Shown: positions 24,874 through 37,394, counted from the first letter of the stretch. The stretch: 64,000 nt of DNA from Rhizophagus irregularis (GCF_026210795.1 NC_089433.1:1984001-2048000); one strand, 5' to 3'. The notes: generated by a model not told the origin, from the sequence alone. Translations and numbers: made by a program.

Positions 24874-25356
24874 TTGACGGATAAGATTCGGTCCAGCTTA
24901 TACAAAAAATATAAAAAAGAAACTGGGCATGAGCCATGGCAATTATCAGAAGTACATGCATCGGAAGTCATAAATTCGAAGCCAGAAAACAAAGTATCCT
25001 ATTTATCTTCTTCTGAGCAATGTGAAGAAAAAGGGCCTATCACCTTCGAAGCCAGACCCGATCCAGAATTAATTATCAAATCCGTCTTAGAGCATTTCAC
25101 ATACTTGAAATTCCGAAATAGTTTCAGAGGGATTGATAATTATAATTTTGCATCACCTCAGCCGTTGAGCTCACCATGCCCTATTTGTGATGGAAAACAT
25201 GGGAATTATGGATTACATGGCTCATGGTACTGCGAAAATGGGAATCAGTTCCCTTATGATCCTGAATTAGCGAAGTTGCTATCTCAAGATAAGTTGGAAT
25301 ATTGTCTTACCTGCAACACTTCAAGCAATAAACTCAAGTTCGCGATTGTGGCTTAG
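24874..25356 (+). CDS. Hypothetical protein with CPIC..H...C motif
   Basis: 160-aa ORF resembling the C terminus of the upstream protein; start uncertain. Confidence 0.5.
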   Translation: MTDKIRSSLYKKYKKETGHEPWQLSEVHASEVINSKPENKVSYLSSSEQCEEKGPITFEARPDPELIIKSVLEHFTYLKFRNSFRGIDNYNFASPQPLSSPCPICDGKHGNYGLHGSWYCENGNQFPYDPELAKLLSQDKLEYCLTCNTSSNKLKFAIVA

Positions 25357-27189
25357 ACCGGAGGAATTATGAAGAAAAAATATTCGTATATTATTTCGTT
25401 TCTTTTTTTTCGAATCTCGTGGGTGGCTTATGCAAAAGAAACTGGAATCGGATGCGCAGTTGATATTGGGAAAATTCTTGCCGAGATTTTTCTGAGTACG
25501 TCATTGAAATTAAAGTTTATCATATGATTAACCGGTAGATCCCGCTTCTATTGGTTGGAAGTGTGAAGAGTCTTCACGATTATCATATGACATAGCATGT
25601 ATCGTGGATACGTCTCCTTTGCCTCAAGCTAGAATAGAGAAATATCGTTCGAAAAAATAATCGTGTATAATAGTCTACAATCATAGAATGGCATCATATA
25701 CCCAGGGCTAGTCCCGCACCATGTAATTTATCTCAGCTCAATGTATTGCAAATAAAAAACGTTTAGGGCACTAACGGAAATCTGGATCGGCAAATTAAAA
25801 TTGCCAGCGAAGATCCAGGGACTTTTATTCTCAAACTTTCTCGCATATTCTCAAAATTATTACGTATATTATTGTAAAAGGACTCCTTGATGATCTTTAC
25901 ATATGGGTAGCGTTAAATTCTTTTATTGTTAAATTTAAGGAGAGTCCGTTGATCAGATTTTCGTGATGCGATCATATTAACGTAATTTCCCCAAAAGCGT
26001 ATAATAAAATCAATCCTGCAAATATTATAAAAAGGTGATGTCCTGGTTAGTGAACCCTTTTATCCGCCTTATGCAAGTAAAACGAAAAAATCAAGCAAAA
26101 TAATAAAACTTACATCATCAATATTATCAAACTAACTCCTATATTCCGCAAAGTAATAACAAAGTAAGTTGGTTTATTGCTCGGCTAGTTTCTCTAAACA
26201 TGTCATCACGATGTTAATCGGGTTTCCCGCCTCTTAGATGTTCCAAAATAAACCAGACATATTACTTCCTCCGGTCTTCTTGTTATATATCGGCATTTTG
26301 ATCTTCGCCGAGAAAATCACTGACCATCATCACGCGTACAATAGACGCTGTGAAATTGCTCACATGAATCTCGTCACACGCAACGGCACAGCAAAAGTCT
26401 GGCGTAGTATATCAAATGGCACAAGCATCTTCACGTGCCGAATTCTTGAAACTTTGCGCAGTATCGTTCTGGCGATAACGCAGAAAAAATTAGGCAATCA
26501 ATCCTTGTATATGAGGCGGAATGGAGTTATGTGAAAATGAAGCATAGCGGTAAGTGTGAATCGGAATATTGCATTGTTTATTTACCTCGGTTGCTAATCT
26601 CCGGAATTTATGCTATAGGTTCGAAATTTCTTAATCCCAGAGAAGTTTTCTTTCGAGAAATAATGTTTTGTGTATTTAGGAGAGATATAGATAGACAAAA
26701 ATTCTGTAAATATGGGTGGAATAATTTATTTCGGAAATCTAGTATAGTAAAAGGGTGTGGGAGTGAGAATCACATAATTAGCAATAAAAGTATAAACAAA
26801 ATTAGTTATAGATACTTTTCGTAAATGTAAGAGAGTAAAGAAATAACTTGATGCTGGGATTCGCATTAAATGGCCTAGGATCCGCGTACTCCCTCCCTCC
26901 TTGATAGCATCATATGTTTCATTTGCTTCTCTAACATTTTAGCTATGTATCTGAAAAATCAATAATAAAGTTTCGGAAATTTGCATTGAAAATTTTTCTT
27001 GGCAAAAGTGATCGTACGTACTATGTAATTCACGTGATGTTCATTTTTTATATATGGACGCGTGTTAAGTTCATCAGTATCAGTTAACTCGCGTTTCATT
27101 TTTCAAACACTAACTCAAACTTTCACAATTGATCATTTTTTTTTCTCTACTTAACGTTTTTTGCTTCTGCTTTCAGAAATTTTCGCACA

Positions 27190-30100
27190 ATGTCCGTCAC
27201 TCAAATAGATCTGTTGATGAATTCATACTTTGAGCGTACACCTACTATAGAGTGGTCATACGTAGGATTCCTTGAGGCAATGAAACCTTACTTAAATTCA
27301 GTTCAGGGTCCGCAGGACAAGCAAAAGTCCGTATGGCGAAAACGGTTTCTAACCCTTCTAACTAATATTCTTGTTGATGAAGAGGATCAAAAGACACAAA
27401 ACGATAATAGTAAAACACGATTTGAAACAGCAACTTATCTGGTTCAACAGGTTAGCCAGCTTTCTACTTATTTAAACCTTATTTCTGAATCATCAAGTGC
27501 GACTTCTGGACGGTGTCGTCCTTCTAGGAGTACAGGGTGTCGTTCCCTAGCACATTTCACGAGCTTCTCCACTGTTGCACAGCCCAGGGCGGTGTCGTCC
27601 TCCTGTGGGTATGGGGTGTCGTTCCCCAGTGTGACAAGTGTGGGGTGTCGTTCCCCTAGAGAGCTCCTGATCATATATGGCATATACTACGCTTTTGATT
27701 TATATTTACTAACTGTAAGTATCCTTAGCAACATCCACCTGAAGCTACGAGATTTTTGGAAAATGTTGATTTAGATAGACAGCTGGTGACGAAAAAGGTG
27801 TGTATAGATCTTCTTTGAAGTATACAATGATTTGATTTTAACGTGTTCACTTGTCAAATTCTAGGATATCTTTGATAAAAAATCGCAAATAGAAGCATGG
27901 GATGTGCTCTGCATTTCTCGTAGTCAGAAAGCTGGCGAATACGTTAATGAAGTTAAGTCACGCATAATGAACCAAGCTGAGATGGCAAGAGATGAAGAAG
28001 CGGGTACATCATCTGGACATAAGCATACCGAAGGAGCTACAATTCCAGCAAAAAAGGTGAGATTAAGTGACTCTATTAACGTATTAATTCTTATGTTCCC
28101 AAAGATTTCTAATTTTTCTGTCCATTAAAGTCAGCGTTGGAAGATCCAAAAAAAGAAAATTCCAAAAAACGACCAGCCGAAGAAGCTCCATCAATCATCA
28201 CACCTGCCCCCAACCTTCGCGGTCGTTCTCCCCCTCCATCCTATAAAAGTGGAGATAATTCTTTTGACGCCGAAGCATCAACTCCCTCTCCAGTAATGTT
28301 TCTTCGTTTTGTTTGCCATATGATGTGATAAGTTCGTTTCTAATCTGCATTGCTCTTCAAAGTCAAACGACCATGACGTGTCGGATACAGGGATTCATGA
28401 AGACGAAGATGAAAATCCTTTCATCACAAAGAATGAAGAGGGATCAAGGAACAATAAGGTTATTATTAATCGGTATTAAGTAAAGAATTTTTATTCATAA
28501 AACGTCCTTAATATAATCTTTTTATTAATTAATTCGATTTCTAATTATAGTTTAAGACAATTCTATCATGGCAACATGCCATAAACCGTATTGATATAAA
28601 TGATGCTTCTACAAATGACGTAAATATCGAGAAGTATTATGAATTTATCATCACTTTTCCCGATATAGTAATAATCTTTTCTTGCCTATAGTGGGTGGCA
28701 GATGGTTACAACATTTCTCTTGATTTCCGTGAATTTCAATTAACATCGATAAACCTATTAGAAACCAATCAAACTTTTTCGTACGCAAAAGATATAGATC
28801 GGATACTGTAAGTGTTTGTTATGCAAACAAATCAATTTCAATATCTAATTTTTGTATATGTCTGCAGGTGTCTATCGTCTATAATGTATTGTAATGAAGT
28901 CAAGCCAGAATTTGTAACATGTTCCGAAAAAGTATGGAATAAAATTCGGCCAAGACCCTTAGTTCCAAAGATGTTGCCATCTGTCGTGCATTTAATAATA
29001 ATTGAATATAATATGGTAAGTTTTTCATCAATTCTAACAAATGATCGGCAAAATTATTAATTTGTTATATTTTGTGATTAGTTTTTAAACGACAAACAGT
29101 TATTGGACATAAAATGGCATGAAAATTGGGTTAAATGGAGTACATTATCAACAGACGAGGATAAATCCATCTTCGATTGTGCACAAGAAGTCACGAAAAA
29201 TTTGTAAGTTCTAATTATTGAGAACATCTTTGTACGTTGTTGATATTTACTGTATGTATGTTGCTTTTCAGTTTTACATATCTGTCTTCAGTGAGTTTCG
29301 ATGAGGATAAAAAACTGGACGAAGATACCTTCGTTCACCGATATTGTCATAGAATTCTCGAAGAAATTTTTAGTAAAGATGATTTTTCATTGATCTGGTA
29401 AGTTCCATGTAAAATTATTACAATACACTATACAGTATATCAACCTATGCTCATATTTTTTGTTATCGGAACAAAGGGCAAATGGAGAGTCCGAAAGTTC
29501 GAAAGAAAGACGAATACTAGATGGGAATAATCATGGGAGGAAGCCAGATTTTCGTGTACTCTAGAGCTTGGACTCGCACTCATGTAACTCGAGTTGACTC
29601 GAGTTGAACTCGCACTCGAGTTAGAAATTTCTTGACTCGAGTCAACCGGGATCACGTGGTTTATAGTGCCGGCTGAACCCTATTTGTAATTCCTGCCGGC
29701 ACTATGACTATAACAGTCTGGGTAAAATTATGGGTAAGTTTTTTGGCCCGCACTTTAACTTTGACTCAAATTAACTCGAGTTAACTCGAGTCCTGACTCG
29801 AGTCCTAGACTCGAGTACTCTTCGAGTCAAAAAAATTCTTGACTCGTTTTACTCGAGTTGACTCATCCTAACTCGAGTCCAAGCTCTAGTGTACTCTCAA
29901 AGATAGATGACGTAAATATGGAATTTTTATTTGGCGAGATTAAACCTCCGAGCAATTCAACTTCCATAAATAAAGGTATCATAAAGTTGGCAGAATTCAC
30001 AAAAGGATCGTTAGATCTTATTATTAATAGTTATGGTTATGTTGACGGTCTGGAAACATATGGAGTATTGATTTATGGTAAGTTATCGATCACTATTGTA

Positions 30101-30486
30101 ACTTTATGATGTTTTAATGCCGAGCTAATTAGATTTAAATCCAATAGGAAACGAAATCAAGATATTTAGCATGGATTTAACTTTTGACGGTTTATACCGT
30201 TATAATCAATTATCAAAAATCTTGTTGCCAACGGAAAATGCGAATTTCTTAAATATAATTACTGTAATATCTACCTTTTATTCTTTATTGGTAAGAGTCT
30301 TACTTTATAGTTCAAACAAGTTGCTTTGCTGTTTAATCACTAATTATTTTTATTATGTAGGAAAGGATAAGATCCACCATTGTAACTATGAATTCATCTC
30401 AACCATCATCATCCTCTGGTCACTTGTATTGTCGAAAGTCGAATTCGTCACCTAGAAAAATTCGTGTACCGATAGTTAGAGTTTAG
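27190..30486 (+). pseudogene. Multi-exon host-type gene with PD-(D/E)xK nuclease-like C-terminal domain, disrupted by a MITE
   Basis: Many short GT-AG introns; removing the MITE gives GRKPDFRVL-SKIDDVNMEFLFGEIKPP; last exon 30361-30486 ends in TAG. Confidence 0.7.
29562..29888. mobile_element. hAT-like MITE
   Basis: TIR TAGAGCTTGGACTCG/CGAGTCCAAGCTCTA; 8-bp TSD GTGTACTC; many ACTCGAG motifs. Confidence 0.92.
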
Positions 30487-31181
30487 TTATGTTCACACAA
30501 ATTCAAATGTTGACTTGAAATTAACAGTATTGTGCTTTTATGTTAATGTAATTACTTATAATATTGATGTATGTGTGCGCTATATGTATATTAATAAAAA
30601 TATTAGCAATATTCACGGTATTATAATATTGTCAGATAAATGCATTGTATTATTTTGGTGATTTTTGCCATTTATCTTTGCAACCTTGTAGTGAATACTG
30701 AAATATGTACATCGGAAAAATAAGAATTATGTGGAAATTTCCGTGTTTATTATGTCAAATGCGTACTAACCTACATATTTTTGCACGCGATTTCTCATTT
30801 TGATCTGGCTGAGCAATGAAATGAATAGATCAAGGGAGGTGAAATCTGATTGGCCAATCATCTTATGATTTATAGAAACTCGCCAGCGCCTAAAACTCTC
30901 CTAGAACTATCGAGGAACTGGCAGGGAGTTAGGGTGATACTGTGATATGATATACGTTGTACCACAAACCAATTTAGCCAAGGCGTTGTGCATATGCATG
31001 TAAATATAAAATTAGCATAGTCGAGATATGGCCCTATATAAATCCTCAGTATGCTTATAATCGAATAAAAATGAATCTGATATTTATTAGAGTATACTAT
31101 TGCTAAATTGGCTAAAATCGCTAAAAACAGTATAAATCAATAAAATCGTTATATTCTGTTATAATCTACCAAAACACTAAT

Positions 31182-32045
31182 ATGGATTTAGATAGTAAAG
31201 CCTATTCCAAGTTAATTCATGCACACAATAGTATTGGAGGCTCTGAAGAATATATAAGAATTATTGTTGCAATATTGCCTTTAGCAGAAAAACATGATTA
31301 TGAAACACCAGAAATGTGGTGCTCTCGTATTCGTGATCCATTTAGGAAAATACTAGAAGAGAACTATTCCAGGGGAATCCTTTCTAAAAATGGATATATT
31401 ACAATGTATGGAAAGCTATATGTAGATGATAAGATTCATAATCGTCTAACCAATTATATATATTGCAGTGTATGTAACTCCTTAGTTTTCATACCTGCAA
31501 ATAGTCTTTTTGAGGATTGCTATGGAGATAACCACTTGAAGAGATGTATTTCTGGAAATACTATTTCGAATGAACATGCAAGAAGAAATGAAATTCTCCA
31601 AACTATTGATAGAAGGGAATTTCAGATCTGGCAATATAAACAATACATATTACAAAAAGAGGCTAAAATTAATCGTCTTCAGCTAGAGCTTTCATCCCAA
31701 TCTATTCCACATTCAGAAAAGGATAAATTGGCATCGGTATCATATGATATTGATGGAAATTTTACGGCTAGCTATGAAAATTATGCACAATCTAAAGCAA
31801 AAGATACTATGCCAAATGCTTCAAATTTCGAGCCAGCTTATATTTCACCTACTAGACAAGAAACGATTTTACCAACTTCTTATCAATCATCAAGTCCTAG
31901 CCAAAGGCGCTCAGAGCAAGGGATTACAAGTGAAATATTTATCTCATCTCGGTATGCTAAACAAAATAACTTATTACCATCTATAGACCATCTTAATCAG
32001 CCCGCATTAAGATTGAGAGATAGTACAAAAATCACATTCGTTTAA
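31182..32045 (+). CDS. Hypothetical protein with a possible zinc finger (CSVC...H...C)
   Basis: 287-aa intronless ORF. Confidence 0.65.
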   Translation: MDLDSKAYSKLIHAHNSIGGSEEYIRIIVAILPLAEKHDYETPEMWCSRIRDPFRKILEENYSRGILSKNGYITMYGKLYVDDKIHNRLTNYIYCSVCNSLVFIPANSLFEDCYGDNHLKRCISGNTISNEHARRNEILQTIDRREFQIWQYKQYILQKEAKINRLQLELSSQSIPHSEKDKLASVSYDIDGNFTASYENYAQSKAKDTMPNASNFEPAYISPTRQETILPTSYQSSSPSQRRSEQGITSEIFISSRYAKQNNLLPSIDHLNQPALRLRDSTKITFV

Positions 32046-32322
32046 CGACTGAGAAATATATTAATTATAGACTATTGAAGATTAATATCATTTAGCTAAA
32101 AGCGCAATGTATAACTTATACTTTATTTTTTATGCTAAATAATCTGCATACATGATCGCCTAGTAAAATTGGTTGAAGGCGCTATACATTTCATGTATCA
32201 CCTGCCAAATTTTTCAGATTAGTCCTTAACCCAGATCCTGGTTAAGATCATGCGCTTTCTGAAGATTGATATAAATTGATCCAAGGGGTTCTCCCATTCT
32301 CTTTTATAATCACAAAAAAAGA

Positions 32323-34783
32323 ATGTCATTTCACAAATCTCACCCAAGGCAGAGAAGAACATGTGAAGAATATAAAGCTGAGCTGGAAGAAGAGAACTAT
32401 CATCTTCATAGTGAATTGCAGATAGAAGTTGATACTAATCGCCAGAATGAGAGACGAATTAATCAACTGGAACGGGATTATACCCGATGTGAGCAAGAAA
32501 TTCAAGATCTTAATAAGGAGATAGAGCGTCTTGAAAATGCTTCGAAAGAAGAGATAGTAGAGTTAAAATCTGAAATCTCTACCCTAAAAAGTCAGCTATA
32601 TCAAGCTAGGAATGATGTGCGAGATAAGGGAAAATATATTTCTAGTTTAGAAGAGCAGTTAGTAGAATCTGAGGAACAAGTTAAGAAATTGCGATGCCGG
32701 ATCAGAAGCATCTCATCACGAAAAAATTCGCCTGAACGAGGGAATTCTCCAGACTTGTATAATTCTGATGATAATATGGCCACAATCACAGAGCTAGCAA
32801 ATGCTATAGATGGTTATGTGGATAATAGAACAACAACTAGGGATATTCTTATAGACCAAATAAAAAGAGCTACAAGGCAGATACGCCGAAAAGAAAATAA
32901 TTTGCATCAGGATTTAGTCCGTGAGCAACGAAGGCGTTATGATGCAGAAGCTGAACGTGATAATGAAATTATACGAAGGCAACTTGCTGAAGGTAGGATA
33001 ACTAATGTTATTGGTGATCTCCATCAATATCAAACTAATACTCAAAACCAGGTAAATAGAATGATAGGTAATATGGCAAGAAAACAAGCCCGTATAGGTG
33101 TGCTGGTACAAGAAAAATTTGCCTTACAATTATTGTATCAGCGAAATGCCCACCACTTACAGCGAAGTAGAGGGGATATAGGTCTGTTAGAATTTAATCG
33201 AGACAGGCTCTATGAACGATATGAGAAATGGAAAAATAAGACCCAAGCAGAGCGCCAGAATAATTTAAATTTACAGGGACAAATTTTGGCGCTTCAGAAT
33301 AATCCACCTAATCAAGTAAACATGGCAGGAATACCTCATCCATATTTCAACTGGGATGATAGTATCCCAGACTTTCTTGCACAACTTAGACTAGACTTGC
33401 AGAATCGGGGAATAGATCCAAATGATAATGTAGCAGGTCCTCCAACAGGAAGAGATAATGCAATAGGACATTTAAGAGCCTGTATGAGAGGAAGGACTTT
33501 AGAATGGTTCGATGATGAGATTACTACAAAGCAGAATTGGGAGCTAACTAACTTACTCGATAATACAGGGCAGGCTAACTTAGTTGCAGTAAATGGGCGA
33601 ACTGCAGTACAGATAGGGGCTAATGCATTAAATGAGGCTGTTGGCCAACCAGGAAATGCAATAGTCAAGTTAAGAGCTGTAGAAGATGCTTGGAATGAAG
33701 ACTGGCGTATAGCAGGTGGCCGTCCTACTAATGATCCTGTAAATGCACCAAATGCTAATGCTGAAAATACAGTAGTTGTAGCTGGTATTCGATTTGGTCA
33801 AGCCGTATGGTGGCTAAAAACTCATTTCCCTACAGTAGAAGAGGAACTTCGGGATTTGATGTATGGAACAATCAGAAAGGGAGACATGACTATAGATGAA
33901 TTATATAGAAAAATATTACGAATAGGTAGACGAGCCAACTATAGACCTGAAGAATTACGTAGAAAGTTCTTAGATGCTTTACCACTTTTATGGCTTGAAA
34001 AAGCTGAAGATATTGGTGAACATTTGCCATTAGATGAATTAGCTAAAAAGCTTTATGAGATAGAATTACGCCGAATAGCTAGACATAAAAGAGATAGAAC
34101 ATCTGATCCGCTAGTATCTAATCGAACATCTTGGCAAATATATGAACCTTCACCTGTTTCAGCCTCACAACAGCATGGAATATCTTTCGAAGATATGCAA
34201 AAAGCAATCCAGAATGCACTAGCACAGCAAAAAACTGAATACCAGTCTTTATTAGAAAAACAAAAAGCCGATTTCCAATCACAAATGGTCCAGCAAACTA
34301 AAAAGATACCTCCACCAGTTCCTCCTAAAAATATGGAACAGCTTCTTAATACATATGAAAGCGCTAATCCTTTCCCTGATACACTTACTAGGGAAGAAAT
34401 AATGAGAGTGGTCGCAAAAGCTTATGGGCCACCTCCTAAACCGCAAAAAGCCAGAAAAGTTGCAATCATCTAGAATCGATAGATTAGAGTCAAAAATAGA
34501 TGAAATTGGTCAAATGACATCTAAGTTTGGTAGGATATCACTTAATGATCAATCTCGAAAGCCTTTTTATTGCAGTAATTGCGGACAGGAAGGGCATAAG
34601 AAAAACAATTGCTCAAGGTTAAATCCTGTAGCTAAATCCAATTTTACTCAATGTTACTATCCTCAACTTCCATCTACACAGCCCCAATATACGCCTCCAG
34701 ATTCAGATAATGAGGAAGATGGTTATGATAAAGTAGAAAATGCGTGGTATTATACACCTGAAAAAAAAAACAACTACCACTAA
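32323..34783 (+). CDS. Gag-like polyprotein: coiled coil + capsid-like region + CCHC knuckle; frameshift near 34455
   Basis: FLAQLR...WFDDEI; TIDELYRKILRIG...LRRKFLDALP resembles a Ty3/Gypsy capsid C-terminal domain; CSNCGQEGHKKNNC in ORF 34424..34783. Confidence 0.72.
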
Positions 34784-35358
34784 ATGATATGTTACCTCTA
34801 GAGTCCAGTCAGCCAAAAACATATGATGAATTATTTCCAAAACTTTCACCGGTAATGCGAAAAATGTGTCAGTCTCATACAGTTCAGAAGAAAGAATCAA
34901 TATCAGATGAGTGGTTTTCATCATTACAATATCTGAATGCTAAAATAGATGATTTAACGATCTCTAATTCTTTTTTAGATAGTGCAAGTGAGTTCAGGGG
35001 AGCGAATGATGCAACAATTAATGCCCTTGGGTGGAAAGCTGATAAGCCATCGGACTTCGCAATAAAAGGTAATTCCAAACACATTACCGATTCATTGGGA
35101 TGGTTTACTGATGTACCAATCAGTATAAAGGATAAGGATGGTAAAACTGTCACAGCTACTGGAAATTTTACTCGTATTGATAATGGAGAAACCGAACCAA
35201 TGTTATGTTTAGGTATGACATGGATTAGGAAAGTTCAAGGTGTCCTCGACCCAAATAAAAATCAATTCCGAATGAAGTTACATGGGAAAGCTTACATTAT
35301 CCCAACTTTTAGCAAAGCTCCAGAAGTTGAAGATCCGCCAAAAGAAGATCAGGACTAA
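34762..35358 (+). CDS. Retropepsin-like aspartic protease, probably expressed by -1 frameshift
   Basis: FLDSASEF (DSG-like) and LCLGMTWI (LGxxW-like); frame is open from 34762, across A_AAA_AAC. Confidence 0.75.
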   Translation, partial: KKKQLPLNDMLPLESSQPKTYDELFPKLSPVMRKMCQSHTVQKKESISDEWFSSLQYLNAKIDDLTISNSFLDSASEFRGANDATINALGWKADKPSDFAIKGNSKHITDSLGWFTDVPISIKDKDGKTVTATGNFTRIDNGETEPMLCLGMTWIRKVQGVLDPNKNQFRMKLHGKAYIIPTFSKAPEVEDPPKEDQD

Positions 35359-35502
35359 GTATCTACCGATTCCTCTAACCTGACTAGTGAGGAGGATTTA
35401 AAAAAAAGTGTGAAGAGCTTGAAGAGTGACTAATAAAAACTGAGAGATGGCTTGACATAGCATTAAATGCAGGTAATATTCTTGCAGAAAAATGCTCACG
35501 AC

Positions 35503-36063
35503 TTATGGAGAATAGATCGGATGCATGACAGCTTCTCTAGTAATATTTACTAATTTATTAAGATCAAATTCCCGTCTAGATGTATCATCTTTAAAAGAAT
35601 TGGCTACTTTATCTGCAGAAGAAGATTCGTCTTTTGGCTTTATACTAGCCTTTTTTTTCCGACTAACTTTATCTTTTCGCCCATTAGTTACTGTATTCAG
35701 ACCATTAGAATTTGCATCATTCTTATTATCCATAGGATATTCTGTATGAGTGATCCCGTCTTCTTGTATGATAGTGGAGGAGGAAGTATCATGTAAAGAT
35801 TCCTGATTATTTTCTGAAATCTGGTCAGAGATGCTAACAGATTCTATGATTCTACGCCATTCCTCAGTAGGTTCAGGAGGCCTTTTATTATCAATTATTT
35901 TTTGATATGTTGTTGATCCTATACGATGCTTTTTACACATAATACGCCGAGCATCTGGAATATTATTCTGAGCATTTCTAATTTCTTCAATAGCTTCAGA
36001 TGACAAGCGTCGGGCATCTGATCTAAGAAATTTACGAGTATGGGTTGTTTGTTTTTTGCTCAT
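35503..36063 (-). CDS. Hypothetical basic protein with a possible N-terminal helix-turn-helix
   Basis: RLSSEAIEEIR...IMCKKHRIGSTTYQKII. Confidence 0.55.
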   Translation of the reverse strand: MSKKQTTHTRKFLRSDARRLSSEAIEEIRNAQNNIPDARRIMCKKHRIGSTTYQKIIDNKRPPEPTEEWRRIIESVSISDQISENNQESLHDTSSSTIIQEDGITHTEYPMDNKNDANSNGLNTVTNGRKDKVSRKKKASIKPKDESSSADKVANSFKDDTSRREFDLNKLVNITREAVMHPIYSP

Positions 36064-36430
36064 AGTTTGCTAGTAATAAATCTGTATAATACTAATAAAA
36101 AACTTGTAGAAAATTTATTTGATATTGGTCTGGCATTAGTCTGGCATTAGTCTAGCATTGGTTTGTTACATATATGTAGTTCGCTTTCTTTACAGTGTAG
36201 CGTGCTATAATCATGATTCAAATAAAAAATAGGTTTAGGATATATATACTTCAAATATCATATTTGTTTTAAACTAGTTTGTTATTGGTCTTTTATTAGT
36301 TTGATATTGGTTTGATTCTGAACTCCTTTTTTCCATATTCGAAGAAAAAATATACATATGAATGATAATTTCGCTGATGGCCGTCAGGAAAAAAAAAATC
36401 ATAAAAAACTTTGCCTTCAAATAAATTCAT

Positions 36431-37315
36431 ATGGCAAACATATATACGCTAAATGAAATAAATAATGGGACACCCTTGGTATCTGGCAATAAACTTGGAG
36501 ATTCACCATTTAATCGTTATCCATCTAGCCGAACTGAGCTTGAGAACCAACGTTTAAAACATGATCTAGATATCGCTTTAAGCTCAGGTATTCAGCTTGG
36601 CACTAGAAACAGTCTCTTGATAAAAAATAATGAGAGTTTTTCAGAGCGTGTATGCCAGCTTGAAGATGAGGCGAGAGAATTCAAAAATGAGATTAATCAA
36701 AAAGAGATTTCTCTTGCAAGTACTAAGAGCGAGATCGCTATAAAATTAGAAGAGATACAAGCTCTTCAATCAAGAATAGAGGAATTAGAGCAGGATGTTT
36801 CTTTGGTACAAAAGAGATTATCAGAGATGGATTTTCTTAAGCGTAAATCTGAACTGGAATACATAAAACTATCTGACGAAAATATTAGTTTAGAATTGGC
36901 AAATACGGAGTTAGAAGATACACTGGCCAAAAAAAAGGATGAATTAATGCGGGTGAGAGATGATTTACTTTTAGCACAAAAGGCAGTGATAGAGAAAGAT
37001 TCCCTTCTTCAAGAAACTAATTCTCTTTTATTAGAGCATATTTCAAAAACATCCAGTGAATCTAAGCAAAATGAAGCGATTGGAGGTGATAAAGGACTGG
37101 AGAAAGGTAACGAAATCACTAGCCCCGAAATAACCTCAGAATCGCCTTATTCCTTATTTTTTCAGCATGCAATCATCTTCATAATAGTATTACTAATCAT
37201 ATACATCTTAAGGTGCGTATTCTCTCGTCTATATTCATCTTACAATGAAGAAAAAAATATTCCGAACTATAAAATACCCTTAAATAGAAATCAAGGTTAT
37301 GCATTTCAAATCTGA
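36431..37315 (+). CDS. Coiled-coil protein with a C-terminal transmembrane helix
   Basis: Long heptad region; hydrophobic AIIFIIVLLIIYIL. Confidence 0.7.
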   Translation: MANIYTLNEINNGTPLVSGNKLGDSPFNRYPSSRTELENQRLKHDLDIALSSGIQLGTRNSLLIKNNESFSERVCQLEDEAREFKNEINQKEISLASTKSEIAIKLEEIQALQSRIEELEQDVSLVQKRLSEMDFLKRKSELEYIKLSDENISLELANTELEDTLAKKKDELMRVRDDLLLAQKAVIEKDSLLQETNSLLLEHISKTSSESKQNEAIGGDKGLEKGNEITSPEITSESPYSLFFQHAIIFIIVLLIIYILRCVFSRLYSSYNEEKNIPNYKIPLNRNQGYAFQI

Positions 37316-37394
37316 TACGCAGAAGAACCAAAAGACAGGACTACCCCCTATGAAACTTTACCTTATGGATATGGATGAGGCCACAAAGCACGAA

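Noticed and set aside
26238..26824. Two ORFs of about 98 aa
   Set aside because: No motifs or other support for coding.
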